A DNA stretch of 63,575 bases, filler included, from an uncultured virus (IMG/VR IMGVR_UViG_2049941000_000092) (5 parts of one record of this genome joined end to end with filler, not necessarily neighbours in it), one strand, 5' to 3'; counted from the whole stretch's first letter, positions 21,144-33,846 are shown. Translations and numbers: made by a program. The notes: a model not told the origin generated them from the letters alone.

Positions 21144-22327
21144 ATGAATAATCCTAAACAAATATTATGAATTGACTTAAATAGCATACNNNNNNNNNNA
21201 AAAACTATCTGTGGCTGAAAGAAGACGGTATATATACCTATACCAATGGCTGAAAGAAAACGAAAGTTTCTGAAAAAGTAGAAGGTATCGAAGAATCTTT
21301 AGGTGAATCCGCAGATCCAAAACAGATATTGTGGGGAGATCTTAACTCTGTACCACCAAGAAATTATTTATGGAACAGAAAAGACGGTATATACAAATGG
21401 TTTGGTGACTCATGGAAAAAATATTGGACACTTAAAGATGTAGATGGAGAAGAGGAAGAAGAGAATCCTTATGCAAAAATGCCATTTACTGCAGAATTTA
21501 TTGTAGGTGGACGTGTATGATGTATAACAAAAGGAAATCCTGTGGAATATTCAATAAACGGTGGTGAGTGGACATCGGAATTCGACTATAGTACTTTTGT
21601 CGTTGAAGATGGAGACGTCGTACAGTTCAGAGGAACTGGCAGTAGTTATGCGCAGGGTAACGGATTTACGTTTTTACATGATGAGCGTCGTACCGGAATT
21701 CGATTTAATCTTAAAGGTAACATCATGTCACTTATTGCTGGAGAAGATTTCGAAAATGCAGATGGTTCAGAACTTGGAGCAGGCGCTTTCAACAGCATGT
21801 TTTATAATAGCGAGAGTGTTGTAGATGTAAGTAATCTGGTTCTTCCGGCCACGGTACTACCACAAAGTTGTTATAATAGCATGTTTTATCAGTGCCCTAA
21901 TCTAGTGGATGCTTCTTTTGAACTGCCAGCTACGACATTATCGAAGTATTGTTATATCAATATGTTTCAAGGGTGTACAAATCTTGTNNNNNNNNNNGAT
22001 GTAAACGTTAAATTTGCTCCGACCGTTATATCAAGCTGTTATCTCAGTATGTTCGAAGGATGTACGAATCTCGTTATGTCTCCGGAACTACCTGCTACAG
22101 CTTTAACCGGTGCATATAGCTGTTATTATCAAATGTTCAAAGGATGTTCTAAGATAAATCGTGTGAAAGCTATGTTTATTTCTGTAGATCCACATCCGAG
22201 TTCATTTATGTATGGTTGACTTACAGGTACTGCTGCGAACGGAGTATTGATAAGAAATCCAGAAGCGGTATGAGATCCGACAAATGAATTCATTGTACCT
22301 TCAGGATGAACGGTACAATCTGCATAA
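21144..22327 (+). CDS. BspA-like LRR surface/tail protein, code 4
   Basis: LPATxLxxxCYxxMFxGCTNL repeats; ends VPSG[W]TVQSA*; duplicated N-terminal module. Confidence 0.85.
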
Positions 22328-22334
22328 AAACAAT

Positions 22335-22361
22335 AAACCCCGACCATTTGGCCGGGGTTTT
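22335..22361. terminator. intrinsic terminator between convergent genes
   Basis: AAACCCCGACC-ATTT-GGCCGGGGTTTT. Confidence 0.75.
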
Positions 22362-22366
22362 CTATT

Positions 22367-22906
22367 TTAATCACCTACGTAGAAGAAAAATACGTAAAAA
22401 TCATCATTATCTTTTATAATATAACTGCCGTTGCTACGATTGCTTCAATTATAATATTCCTCGACTGGTGTTCTTCAAACGACATGATTTTCACTAAGAT
22501 CCTGAGGTGGATCATTTATCTTTCACGCAAAGAAAATGTATTTTTCTGGTTCCATATTTTCATCGAATGTACTAATGTCTACGAGATTCCATCAGTCATC
22601 CACTCCAGTTTGGTATACGGACGAATAATATGCAGCTTGTGTAACATAATCTGGAATATCTTCTGCGGGATCAATATAGCTATTCATATCTCAAACATAG
22701 TGGTTTGCATCCATAACAAGTATTTTATCGGGAAGAACGCCTGTGTTACCATTTGTACCCCAGAAGTTTTCTAACTTATATTTATTACGATTATATTTAA
22801 TACCTGTAGCATCGGAAATACAACTGACGTGCGGTTCCACATAATTCGAACTGACTCTAAAACTACTTTGTTCTGCCTCTGAATCGAAAGTTTTTAAATG
22901 TTTCAT
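22367..22906 (-). CDS. hypothetical protein (179 aa), code 4
   Basis: MKHLKTFDSEAE..YVEPHVS start; 5 in-frame TGA and no TAA/TAG until 22367. Confidence 0.75.
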
Positions 22907-22907
22907 A

Positions 22908-23198
22908 TTATATACCTAATATTCTATAAGCAAATTCAAAATATCATTTTAACGGATAGTCTAAATCAACGTCGCGAGTACGATGTTGTTTATATCCCAA
23001 TCTATACAATCTATTGTGCGTTCTTCATTCCGCAATCAAACTAGTGTAACTTCTTTTGAATGCTTCACATTCTGGATGCTTGTGTTGGATTGCGTATAAA
23101 ATCTCTGCCATATCGGCACGAGATTTTATTTTGTAACTATCCTTTATCTTTATTTTATTGGAGGTTACAACGCATACCATGTCATCAAATACTTCCAT
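22908..23198 (-). CDS. conserved phage hypothetical protein (96 aa), code 4
   Basis: RSYTSLIAE[W]RTHNRLYRLG..RTRDVDL; start overlaps the endolysin stop. Confidence 0.75.
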
Positions 23199-23617
23199 TA
23201 TACAGTGAGCATTTTGACTTCTTTTCTTTGAGCACCATATCTATTCTTTAATCCGATGTGCACCCACTGCGAAGTCTTAGATTTCTCTAACAATAGTTGA
23301 TCCCATTGCTTATCTTTGATTCATTTCTGACAGAATGTCTTAAATTCCTCCATTTTTCCATTCTGAGGAACTAGGTCTGCAGCATATCCAACTAAGTGTG
23401 CAGAAGTAGTAGAGCCACCAACAGCACGATTTAGTTTAGCACACCGATAACCACTAGTTACGATGATAGGGCTTCCTCATGCAGCACGTAATCCATCTAA
23501 GAAGTCCATCAACTCATTTAGATGCGTTACAGCACTTGATGGCGGAACATTTGTAATACCTAATTTCTTTGCGGTATCGGACGCGTACATTTCTCTAAGT
23601 GTAAAATATTTTGCCAT
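23198..23617 (-). CDS. endolysin, peptidase M15 (M15_3-like), 139 aa, code 4
   Basis: KYFTLREM..LDGLRAA[W]GSPIIVTSGYRCAKLNRAVGGSTTSAHLVGYAADL..DQLLLE..WVHIG; absent from the ORF track. Confidence 0.9.
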
Positions 23618-23811
23618 TATTTTTTAACTCCTTTAAATAAATATTTTAATCATGTAAATCTCTTTCTTTCATCTAAATAAGTCGGATTTTCTTCATTGAG
23701 ATAACTCTCCTGTTCGAAACTTATACTTTTATAGGGCTTGTATCCCAGTAACGCTCACGGTAATTTGAAAATTCATTCCAGCACATACAATGGATAAAAT
23801 AAGAAATATCC
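23617..23811 (-). CDS. conserved Bacteroidota-phage membrane protein, C-terminal part, code 4
   Basis: FYPLYVLE[W]..YKSISFEQESYLNE..RKRFT[W]LKY. Confidence 0.7.
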
Positions 23812-23987
23812 GNNNNNNNNNNNNNNNNNNNNNNNNNNNNNNNNNNNNNNNNNNNNTTAATTAATTAANNNNNNNNNNNNNNNNNNNNNNNNNNNNNNNN
23901 NNNNNNNNNNNNATATTTGCGCCGATAATATCGGATAAATGTGTTTATAAGAAAATGAATGTTTAACTTTAAACTTTTGATATATAG

Positions 23988-24404
23988 ATGATTGAATGAG
24001 GAACTGTTGTTCTTGCCGTTATTGGAACGTTCAGTGTGAGCGAGATTATTCATCTGTTCACTATAAGAGAAACCAAACGCGGCATGAAGCTGGATAATAA
24101 GCAAAAAGAGGATAGTAGATGGGAGCACTTGGTCGATCAATTGCAAGATCAAGTCGAAAGACTCCAGGCCCAGAACGAAAAGAAAGACGAGGCTCTTGCC
24201 AACAAGGACGGACGTATAATCGAATTGAGTGACAAAAATGCTGAACTAAGGAACAAATTAGATGAGGCAAACACAAATTTAGCGAAAGCAACACTCTTAA
24301 AGTGTACAAGACTCGTCTGCGATCGGCGCAAACCCCCACTTGGTTATACGGAACTTAGCCCGGAAGAAGTAATCACAGAAAAACTGGACGTCAGCGAAGA
24401 ATAA
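23988..24404 (+). CDS. TM plus coiled-coil protein, putative holin/lysis accessory, code 4
   Basis: MIE[W]GTVVLAVIG hydrophobic segment, coiled coil, CxxxxCxxRxPP tail. Confidence 0.65.
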
Positions 24405-24435
24405 ATAGATTATGTTATGTTAATGATTATGTTAT

Positions 24436-24886
24436 ATGCCTAAAGCTCAAAATATAGAAGAAAAATATATTAATGGAATTCGAGTTGACAAGGAAGATGA
24501 ATTATGTGCATTCAATGACGAAAAGCATCTCTATTTTAATAAACAAACTGGTGAAAAGTACACATCGGTCACGCAGTTAATTTCGCAATATTCGCAGCCA
24601 TTTGATGAAAATTTCTGGAGTGCGTATAANNNNNNNNNNCTTCTTATTTCGATAAAAAAAGAAAGAAGTATCAAATGATGAAAGCTCCCATAAACAATCT
24701 CATGGATTCTACCCTTGTTCACTATCAATTACAGTTAAGTCTATATGCAAGAATGCTGCAGCAGAGAAATCCGAAATATAAGATTAAACAATTGCAGATT
24801 ATTCATATAGATCATGATGGCAACCAATCCTTATACGAAGTCCCTTATTTAAAGGAAGACGTGGATAGACTTATCAAGGACTTTGC
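24436..24886 (+). CDS. PD-(D/E)XK exonuclease, N- and C-terminal pieces
   Basis: FNDEKHLY..YTSVTQLI and HYQLQLSLYARML; the middle piece is displaced to 26661..27097. Confidence 0.8.
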
Positions 24887-25047
24887 NNNNNNNNNNNNNN
24901 NNNNNNNNNNNNNNNNNNNNNNNNNNNNNNNNNNNNNNNNNNNNNNNNNNNNNNNNNNNNNNNNNNNNNNNNNNNNNNNNNNNNNNNNNNNNNNNNNNNN
25001 NNNNNNNNNNNNNNNNNNNNNNNNNNNNNNNNNNNNNNNNNNNNNNA

Positions 25048-25533
25048 ATGAATATACCTAATGGTTTCGAGCAGCTTGTTAAGAATACAGCTGATGTTAT
25101 TGTAGAAAAAAATACTGAGGATATCTGCATGGATGAGGTTTATGTGACACCCGTTAATGCGGATGTGTTGATACAACCTTATAAGACGAATCCTTATAGA
25201 CATATAGAAACTACTGAATCCGGCTTAATCGTCGGTATAGAAAGTAGCAAAACCTATAAATCAAATGAGACTGGAGAGATTGAACAGAATAAACAAGTAA
25301 TTAAATGTGGAAAGGTTCTGGCTATCGGTCCAGCATGTAAAAATGTTAGAGTTGGAGACGATGTTTATTATACAACTTATTCTGAGACGGTTATTCCGTT
25401 TAGAAAAAAAGGTTGGGTTATGACAGGTGAACAGCTCATTATATGTAGAATTAGTAAATGTAAAAAGTATGAATGGTTTGAACGAGTCGTACGTTTTCTT
25501 TTCCCCAGGAGATTTGGTCACCGTACGGCATAA
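25048..25533 (+). CDS. GroES-like co-chaperonin
   Basis: TTESGLIV..GKVLAIGPACKNVRVGDDVYY. Confidence 0.75.
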   Translation: MNIPNGFEQLVKNTADVIVEKNTEDICMDEVYVTPVNADVLIQPYKTNPYRHIETTESGLIVGIESSKTYKSNETGEIEQNKQVIKCGKVLAIGPACKNVRVGDDVYYTTYSETVIPFRKKGWVMTGEQLIICRISKCKKYEWFERVVRFLFPRRFGHRTA

Positions 25534-25583
25534 TGTTGATAATAAGCCCATTATGTGGGTAGTAGAGAAGTCAAGTCGAAATA
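25469..25583 (+). CDS. DUF2158/YodC-like small protein, partial
   Basis: MNGLNESYVFFSPGDLVTVRHNVDNKPIMWV. Confidence 0.5.
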
Positions 25584-25618
25584 NNNNNNNNNNATAAAAG
25601 AATAAAATATAAAATATT

Positions 25619-26650
25619 ATGTTTGAAAATCCTTTAAATAAGTATGCTGCTGGTGGAACCACAATGGCTGAACAACAAGCTGAGGAAGATTTCATCAACG
25701 CGATTGCTCAGCAGTTAGGACAAAATCCAGAAGACGTAAGGGCTAGATTTGAAGAGATAAAATCCAATCCTGAAGAATCGCGACAGCTTCATGATGCGGT
25801 TCAAGTAATGCAAACCGATAAAAAGAAAGGTGTGCAGTTAATTGTTAATTTATTTACGCAAANNNNNNNNNNNNNNNNNNNNNNNNNNNNNNNNNNNNNN
25901 NNNNNNNNNNNNNNNNNNNNNNNNNNNNNNNNNNNNNNNNNNTCTATGCGAGACGGCGGAAAATTCCGCGACTTTATTTGTAAGCATGGAAAAGGTGGAA
26001 AGGCCGATTGCGGATGTAGCCCAAAAGAAAAACTTGCTGGAATGGAAAATGGAGACAAGATTGAAAAACATCAGAACTCCAACGGCGTTATAGGAAAACG
26101 CAGTGTATCTAGTGGTAAGTTTGATGTTCCATTCTTAGCTTATATGAAAGCATATTTTAATTCTAAGAGAACTCCGACTGTAGGTGCTGCTATGAATAGA
26201 AAATTTGGTCATGCGACACAGAACGGAAACGAATATTATCTTGAACAAGCCAGTATTAATGGTACTTCTGCTGATACTTGGGTAAACGTAACTCCTAAAA
26301 AAGATACGATTATCATGCAGAAACTTCCTTCCGAACATCTTACTCCTCTGGATAGTTATGACCGCGAAGCAATTATGCAAAGAATGCGTCCAGATATTCA
26401 ACGGGTTTCGTCCAAACAGGATGGGGGCAATGTCGATGTTTTCGGAAGAGTTACTCCATACCAGAAGCCTGTTTCTACAACGCCGATGGATTCCAGTAAA
26501 GTTACATATAATCCTTTATTTAAAGCATTAAATTTTAAAGATATTAATGGAAATGATGTATCGTGGAGTAGACTTCGTGACGGTTCTTATTCATATCGAA
26601 ACGGTCCAGATATAATGTTCTTTAATCCAAATCAAGTAGACGGTTTTATT
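25619..26650 (+). CDS. crAss-type hypothetical protein with repeated xxGG motifs, gapped
   Basis: KYAAGG, MRDGGKF, SKQDGGNV. Confidence 0.7.
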
Positions 26651-26660
26651 NNNNNNNNNN

Positions 26661-27097
26661 CTCTTGAAGAAATGGTCGATTGCGATAGATGATCGTTCTT
26701 GAAACCAAAGTTACTTGCTACAAAGCAATTTTCCAGTAAAACATTAGATTATATTGTTGAAAACTATAATATTAATCGCGAAGCGTTTCTTCTAAAACAA
26801 AACGAAATAAAATTAGAATATAAAGAAAAACGAGATACGGCATGTGAAAGAGGTACAGCCATACATTTGGAAAAAGAATTGCAGATGTATGGCTCACATA
26901 CCTTCGATTTTGAACCATATGGTTTCAAAGGATTGAAGGGTTCGTTCACATGCATCCAGAATCACAACATTCTTGATTTAGATAAAGGTGTCTATCCTGA
27001 ATTTCTGATATCAGCTACATTCGAAGATTTAACTCTGGTAGGACAAGCGGACCTATTAATAGTAGATGGAAATGATGTTTATATTGGCGACTATAAA
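26661..27097 (+). CDS. PD-(D/E)XK exonuclease, central part (displaced), code 4
   Basis: ACERGTAIH..YPEFLI..GQADLLIVDGNDVYIGDYK. Confidence 0.8.
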
Positions 27098-27109
27098 TNN
27101 NNNNNNNNG

Positions 27110-27232
27110 AATGTGCCCAATAATGAGGATGACCGAAGATGGAATGAAATGTGACGATAGAAAATGAATCAGTCCTGATGGTACGAAAGGTTCGTTTTTT
27201 GTACATCCCGGATGAAAAAAAGGCTGTGGATG
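27110..27232 (+). CDS. Cys-rich small protein fragment, code 4
   Basis: CPIMRMTEDGMKCDDRK[W]ISPDG..HPG[W]KKGCG. Confidence 0.55.
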
Positions 27233-28246
27233 NNNNNNNNNNTCTTCATTAGGAAAAGCCGCTTCTAAACTCGACGATGAAGTAAAAGTTCTTGGATACT
27301 TCGACGAACTAGGAAATTTCATTAAGACGGAAGGTGACGATGTGATAAGAAATGCTGGAGATTATATGAATAAGACCAAATGGCCGGAATTTGAAATGCC
27401 GGAGTATAATCAACCAAATTTCATAGAAACGGATTATAGTGGAATTGATTTCAATAATATCACAATGCCTCATGCAAATCTAGAAGATTGACTTATTGGT
27501 GGTGGCATTACAGCAGCTNNNNNNNNNNNNNNNNNNNNNNNNNNNNNNNNNNNNNNNNNNNNNNNNNNNNNNNNNNNNNNNNNNNNNNNNNNNNNNNNNN
27601 NNNNNNNNNNNNNNNNNNNNNNNNNNNNNNNNNNNNNNNNNNNNNNNNNNNNNNNNNNNNNNNNNNNNNNNNNNNNNNNNNNNNNNNNNNNNNNNNNNNN
27701 NNNNNNNNNNNNNNNNNNNNNNNNNNNNNNNNNNNNNNNNNNNNNNNNNNNNNNNNNNNNNNNNNNNNNNNNNNNNNNNNNNNNNNNNNNNNNNNNNNNN
27801 NNNNNNNNNNNNNNNNNNNNNNNNNNNNNNNNNNNNNNNNNNNNNNNNNNNNNNNNNNNNNNNNNNNNNNNNNNNNNNNNNNNNNNNNNNNNNNNNNNNN
27901 NNNNNNNNNNNNNNNNNNNNNNNNNNNNNNNNNNNNNNNNNNNNNNNNNNNNNNNNNNNNNNNNNNNNNNNNNNNNNNNNNNNNNNNNNNNNNNNNNNNN
28001 NNNNNNNNNNNNNNNNNNNNNNNNNNNNNNNNNNNNNNNNNNNNNNNNNNNNNNNNNNNNNNNNNNNNNNNNNNNNNNNNNNNNNNNNNNNNNNNNNNNN
28101 NNNNNNNNNNNNNNNNNNNNNNNNNNNNNNNNNNNNNNNNNNNNNNNNNNNNNNNNNNNNNNNNNNNNNNNNNNNNNNGATGAACGGGAGATATTCACAA
28201 ATGTTGCCAGAGGTAATGGGGCTATATATTCAAAATATCTAAAATA

Positions 28247-28819
28247 ATGCAAATCTTTATATTCGATAATACAACAAACTCTCTTCGAATAGACGATTAT
28301 AGCATATTATTAGTTAAGGAATTCGCAAAATTATGAGAACCAGAAAGAAATAAATGTAAGGAGGATAAAAAAGGCGAGCTGCGAATTCGCGCCTATAAGG
28401 AACTGACTTACATTTATTTGGTTCTTGATTTCAAAAGTCCTTATTTTAAGTATCTTGAAAAAGATAAACACGAAGCTGCTTTAGCTGATTCCGGTTTAAC
28501 GGAAGCAGATTTAGAAGACGACGTTTTTCTTGCAGCATTTAGAAAATATAGGGAGATTCAGGAAGAAGATCCTATATTGGCACTAATTAAGACAGCGTAT
28601 AATACGATTTATAAGATGAGAATCCATCTGGATAATATCGATTTCAGTGAAGTTGACGCTGATGGAAAACCAATCTATAAACCAAAAGACGTAATTGCTG
28701 ACTTAACAAGTATTAGTAAAATAAGAACTGAATTGAAGACTCTTGAAGAGTTACATAAAACTAGTATGGAAGCAGAAGCTGCTGTGCGTGGTGGAGTTTC
28801 CTTAGGAATGTTGGACTAA
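28247..28819 (+). CDS. conserved crAss protein upstream of TerL (possible small terminase), code 4
   Basis: MQIFIFDN..VKEFAKL[W]E..AYKELTYIYL..GKPIYKPKDVI..AVRGG; position next to TerL. Confidence 0.75.
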
Positions 28820-28820
28820 T

Positions 28821-31100
28821 ATGGCTATTGATAAAGTTACAGGTACGAGGAAAAAAATAGTAAAGACCGTTCTGGAGGAACAAGAGGAAAAACGCAAGAA
28901 AGCCCTCCCGAAGTTCGATACTACCTACGAAGAAGAGTTAATTAAACAGCTTTTTGAAGACAAAAAACAGAAATTAGAAANNNNNNNNNNATTATGTAGA
29001 TGATTCAACTATTGGTTTAGAAGAAACAAATTATGCTGGTCCATTTGTACATCACGAAAGACCTAATGAAGAATGGGATGTACCAATTACCGAAGAGATT
29101 CAGTATTTTGATCCAGAGTTATCATACGAATTGACAGGTTATCGGCCTATCACTATGGAGAAAGGATTGGATTTCGACCCAACGCCGTTTACAGAAATGG
29201 CGGCAATCTATAATTCAAACGGAAAATATACAGATTTTCCTGAAGGAACTAAACCATATAGAGATTTTTGATTCGCGGAAATTGATAAGATGGTAAACGG
29301 TTATACTGTTGGAAAATACAGAATAACAGGGGATAATTATTATTTTATCAACTACTATAGAATGCAAACCATTCCAGAGGATAGAATCGCTGGTGAAGGT
29401 CGTGTGGAGAACTTTCCCTCGTTTCTTGCCAAACAATACGAATGGTTTCATTATGTGGAGATGGGCGAACGGTTACACATNNNNNNNNNNATGTCGGTGC
29501 TTTAAAGGCTAGAGGTACTGGTTGATCAGAGATGACTGCTGCGATGTCTGTCAGACCCTACACGACCAACAGTTCGTATAAGATACTTCTTACTTGTGAA
29601 GCTGACGATAAATTACAGCCGCTGCGTGATAAATGCTGGTTGCAGTTGGACTGATTGAATATGAATACGTGTGGAGGACTTAGGCACGTAAGACAAAAAG
29701 TCAATAACAATGAAACGAAACGTGCGTCTAAAGTAACTCGCGATAATCAAGAATTCGGTTGAATGTCTGAGATTAACTCTATTGTTGCAGATAATCCAAA
29801 TAAAATCAGAGGACATCGTGTTGATAGACTCGTATATGAGGAAGCTGGTTCTAACAAGCAGCTTATCAAATCGTGGATTCAGGGTGCTGCTCTAACACAG
29901 TTGGGTGGTATACATTTCGGAACAAGAATTTTCTTAGGCACCGGTGGTGACGAAGTCGCTGTTGGTGGTATAGGTACACTTTTTACCAATCCGAAAGGTT
30001 TTGACGTATTGCCCTATAAGAACTATGACACTTATGATGGCAAACCAGAACTTACCGCATTCTTTGCACCCGCCCATAAATTTGCATTATCTAAAAAATA
30101 TCTCGATAATCGTGGCGTTACCAATTGGCCGGAATTAAAGAAATATTACGAGGAACAACGTTCTAAACTTAGCGGAAAGGCGTACTTAGACGAATGTGCT
30201 GAGCACTGTTTCGTTCCAGAAGAAGCTTTGGCTAAAACTGGTGCGAACGTCTTTGATGCCGAACTGATCTCTCAACAGATGATGAATATTAAGATTCGAA
30301 ATCTAGGAGAGAAGGTGACATCCATGCAGTTAGAATGGGATAAGGAGGCTCCTCGATATTCTAAAGTTAACGCTTATACATCCGGAGATTCAAAAATTCA
30401 GATAATTGAGCCTCCGCAGAGAGATCCGGATGGAAACGTATGAAAGAATTTATATGTAGCTGGTATAGATAGTATCGATATTGGTACAGATAATTCTGCA
30501 GAAGACGCGGATGTGTCCAATTTCTGCATTGTGATTAAGAAACGTGTTTTTGGCGATCAAGAACCGAAGTATGTTGCTTTGTATAAAGATCGCCCGAGAG
30601 ATATTAGAGTTGCATACATGATTGCATTAAAACTACTCACGTGGTATAACTGTCAATGTATGCTGGAATTTACAAAAGTGAGTTTCCAGCAGTTTTTGAT
30701 TGAGCGTAAAAAAGAAGGCTTACTTATGAGTAGACCAGAATATGCAGTATCTGCAAAGAATAAGAAAAAAACTACGAAACGCTTGATTGGTATTCCGTCA
30801 ACAGAAGCGGTTATAAAACATGGACTGGAATTGATATCTGCATTCTTAAGTGACTATTATTATACAATATCTTATACAGAAATGCTTGATGAGTTACTTA
30901 AGTATACATATGAAGATAAAAGAAAGTTCGATATAATTGCTGCTATGTCGGCATGTGAAATTGGTGATGAAGCAATGTCCGGAATTACTCCTAAAAAAGT
31001 AGACGCTGTTACATCACAATGAAAAGATATTGGTTGGTATAGGGATGAACGAGGTTATTTGAAACACGGCGTAATCCCAAGTAAACAAAATTATTTATAG
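28821..31100 (+). CDS. terL: terminase large subunit, gapped, code 4
   Basis: YRITGDNYYFINYY, Walker A KARGTG[W]SE, Walker B RLVYEEAG, GTGG, nuclease YVAGIDSID, KFDIIAAM. Confidence 0.93.
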
Positions 31101-31101
31101 T

Positions 31102-31374
31102 ATGCAAGAGCAAGAGGTTTATGAATTAATAAAAGAAACAACTGGTTACGAATATATTGGTAAGTTACGAATATTGAACGATGGCAATATGTGGCAGTTA
31201 TTATTATATTTTGATAGAGAATATACTCCTACTGTATTCGCCATGGAAGGAACGGAAACCGAGTTTAAAAAGTTTCTTCGTCACGAATTCAAAACTCGTA
31301 AAATGGAAAAGACTCGTTACTATAAGATAGTTCGTGAACCTTTTGTCGATTTAACTGATTGGGACGATGAATAA
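31102..31374 (+). CDS. hypothetical protein between TerL and portal (90 aa)
   Basis: Tightly packed ORF. Confidence 0.75.
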   Translation: MQEQEVYELIKETTGYEYIGKLRILNDGNMWQLLLYFDREYTPTVFAMEGTETEFKKFLRHEFKTRKMEKTRYYKIVREPFVDLTDWDDE

Positions 31375-33419
31375 AAAACAAGAAATAGAAAAAATAGACC
31401 TTTGTATTGCGGAATTAGTTTATGATAAAGTAGCGTTGCGAAAGGCATACAATTATTATCACGGCAAATTAGATGCCGAGCAATACAGAAGTATAGAAGA
31501 GAATTATGGAATTGGCGTCCCAACAAGTGTTGAGTTTATTCCATTAATGAAGAAACATATTGATGTTTTGGTTGGTGAGTATCTCGAAATGGATCCGAGC
31601 ATGCAGGTTACATGTAAGGATGATGAGACTATTGCGAAGATTCAGAGAGACAAAAAATTAAAAATCGATACAGAAGTATATAAATATCTTCAAAAATATC
31701 TTCATAATGCGTTAATAGGCATTTTATTAGATGGAAGAGCGCCAATAAACGATCCGTTTGTTGAAAAAGAATTGGAAAGAATTAAGAATGATGTTGAAAA
31801 TTCTTTCGAATCGGATTTCGAAATTGCCGCACAAANNNNNNNNNNCGAACGTAATTCAAATGAGTTCTTTCTTAATAAATCCAGACGTGCTGTTATTCGT
31901 CGCTGGCTTACAAAAGATGAAATTTTTGAAGAATTTGGAGAGGATCTTTCTGACGATGCTGCATCCAAGTTGGAAAGTTACTATTCCACGCAAAATAGAA
32001 ACGATCAATCTGTCGCCCATATTACAGTACCCAATGTAATGGAATCATACCTGGACGACGGAGAACGATCATCAAAAGCGGGACTTAAACCAGGTATTTT
32101 AGCAGGTTTGGAAGCACATCCGATTTGAGATAGAGAGGAATACTTTACAAGATGGCGAAACAAAGTTATTCCGGTGTATGAGTGTCAATGACTTGAATTC
32201 GATAGAAAAAAGAATAGGTCTGTTTTGCACGAAGGCGTTAAAATAGGTGATGACATATACGTAGTTCGTGGAGAACCAGACTATTATATTCGAAGTAAAC
32301 ACAATCCTCGTTCCTGTAGTTTGAACATAAACGGCATGTTCTTCAATGATAAGAACGGACAACCATTTTCTCTTATAGGTTCAACAATGGCTCTGCAGGA
32401 GAAATATAATCTACTCATTTACTGCAGAGATAATCTTATTGCCACTTCTGGCACAATCGGAGATTGGATTGATGTTGCAAGTCTACCAGCGTTCTTAGGG
32501 GTTGAATTGCCTGAAAGATTACAGAAATGGCAGGCATATAAAAAGAACGGAATGGCACTATACGATTCTTCTCAGGACGGCGCCCAATTGTTAAATACCA
32601 CATTTAATGGATATGATGATACCTTAAAAGCACAAGCGATTCAGGCAATCCAGATTGCAATTGATTCTATCGAAGCCCAAGCATCTGCGATTTCTGGAGT
32701 ATTTCCTCAGAAACTTGGCCAGATCCAAGAACGTGAGGCTGCATCAAATGTGAAGGTGGGAATTCATCAGTCCAGTTTGATTACAAAACAATACTTCTAT
32801 GCAATGGATTTGGCGCAGAGAGAAATCTATTATGATTTACTTAATCTGTCCAAGTTCGTATTNNNNNNNNNNNNNNNNNNNNNNNNNNNNNNNNNNNNNN
32901 NNNNNNNNNNNNNNNNNNNNNNNNNNNNNNNNNNNNNNNNNNNNNNNNNNNNNNNNNNNNNNNNNNNNNNNNNNNNNNNNNNNNNNNNNNNNNNNNNNNN
33001 NNNAACTTATTAAGAACAATCAAGTTGATGTTGAAATGGCAATCGACATTATAACTGCAAAAAATGAAACTCAGTTACGTCGTAGACTGACAAAAGCAAT
33101 ACGACAAAAGAAAGCCGAGAATAATATGCTCGAGCAATTACAGCAACAAGTGCAACAGTATGAGTCTGATGCCAAACAGGCACAGAAGACTATTTCCGAC
33201 CTACAGAACGAAATCAAACGTCTGCAATCCCAGGTTGAGGCTAATAATCAGGCTAAACTCGAACTTGAAGCTCAGAGAGTCAAAATCGAAGAGAAAGAGG
33301 CTCGTGATAAGAAGGATTATAATGATAAACTCATCGGAGTGAAAGAGAAACAATTGCAATCTGAAATTATGCAAATGTGAGACGGTAATCCTTATAATAA
33401 TCAAATACGTGATGTATAA
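31367..33419 (+). CDS. portal protein, gapped, code 4
   Basis: KAYNYYHG..GIGVPTSVEFIPLMKKHIDVLVGEYL; ISGVFPQKLGQIQEREAASNVKVG; C-terminal coiled coil; follows TerL. Confidence 0.88.
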
Positions 33420-33846
33420 TGACTAAATTTGATATTTCTGCATACATGAATGGTTGCCATCTCGTTATAGATGTGGCGAATGGCAACCAGAATATGTATC
33501 AAGTTTTATTGAATGAAGAAACAAAAGATGTTTCGGAATTTGTACAATGAACAGGTGATTTTGAATACGACTTATCCAAAGATGGAATCTATAAGTTGTA
33601 TATGATTGAAGGAAACGATATCTCACTTCAGAATGGAAACTTACGTATTGGTTCTGTTTCATATACAGTCAAAGAGTTTATAGATGCTGTTGAATCTGGT
33701 GTTGTCGGATTTAATAACGCAAAACTTGATACAGATGAAATATTCTGTAATTGTAAATTAAAGAAATGTCTCTTAAATTTACAAATGAAAGTATTCCAAG
33801 AGATGTTAAAGAACTGCGGTTCAATGCGTTGCAAAAACGATGAACT
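33419..33846 (+). CDS. Cys-rich structural protein, partial, code 4
   Basis: MTKFDISAY..FVQ[W]TGD..CNCKLKKCL..CGSMRCK. Confidence 0.65.

Noticed and set aside
24436..27097. Split or permuted PD-(D/E)XK nuclease (also the displaced 45100-45383 and 54814-56011 segments)
   Set aside because: Every break coincides with an N gap; scaffold mis-ordering rather than introns, inteins or rearrangement
27470..28252. Long ORFs made mostly of X (also around 7300-7700, 11800-12150, 18900-19270, 43500-43870)
   Set aside because: Artefacts of translating N gaps
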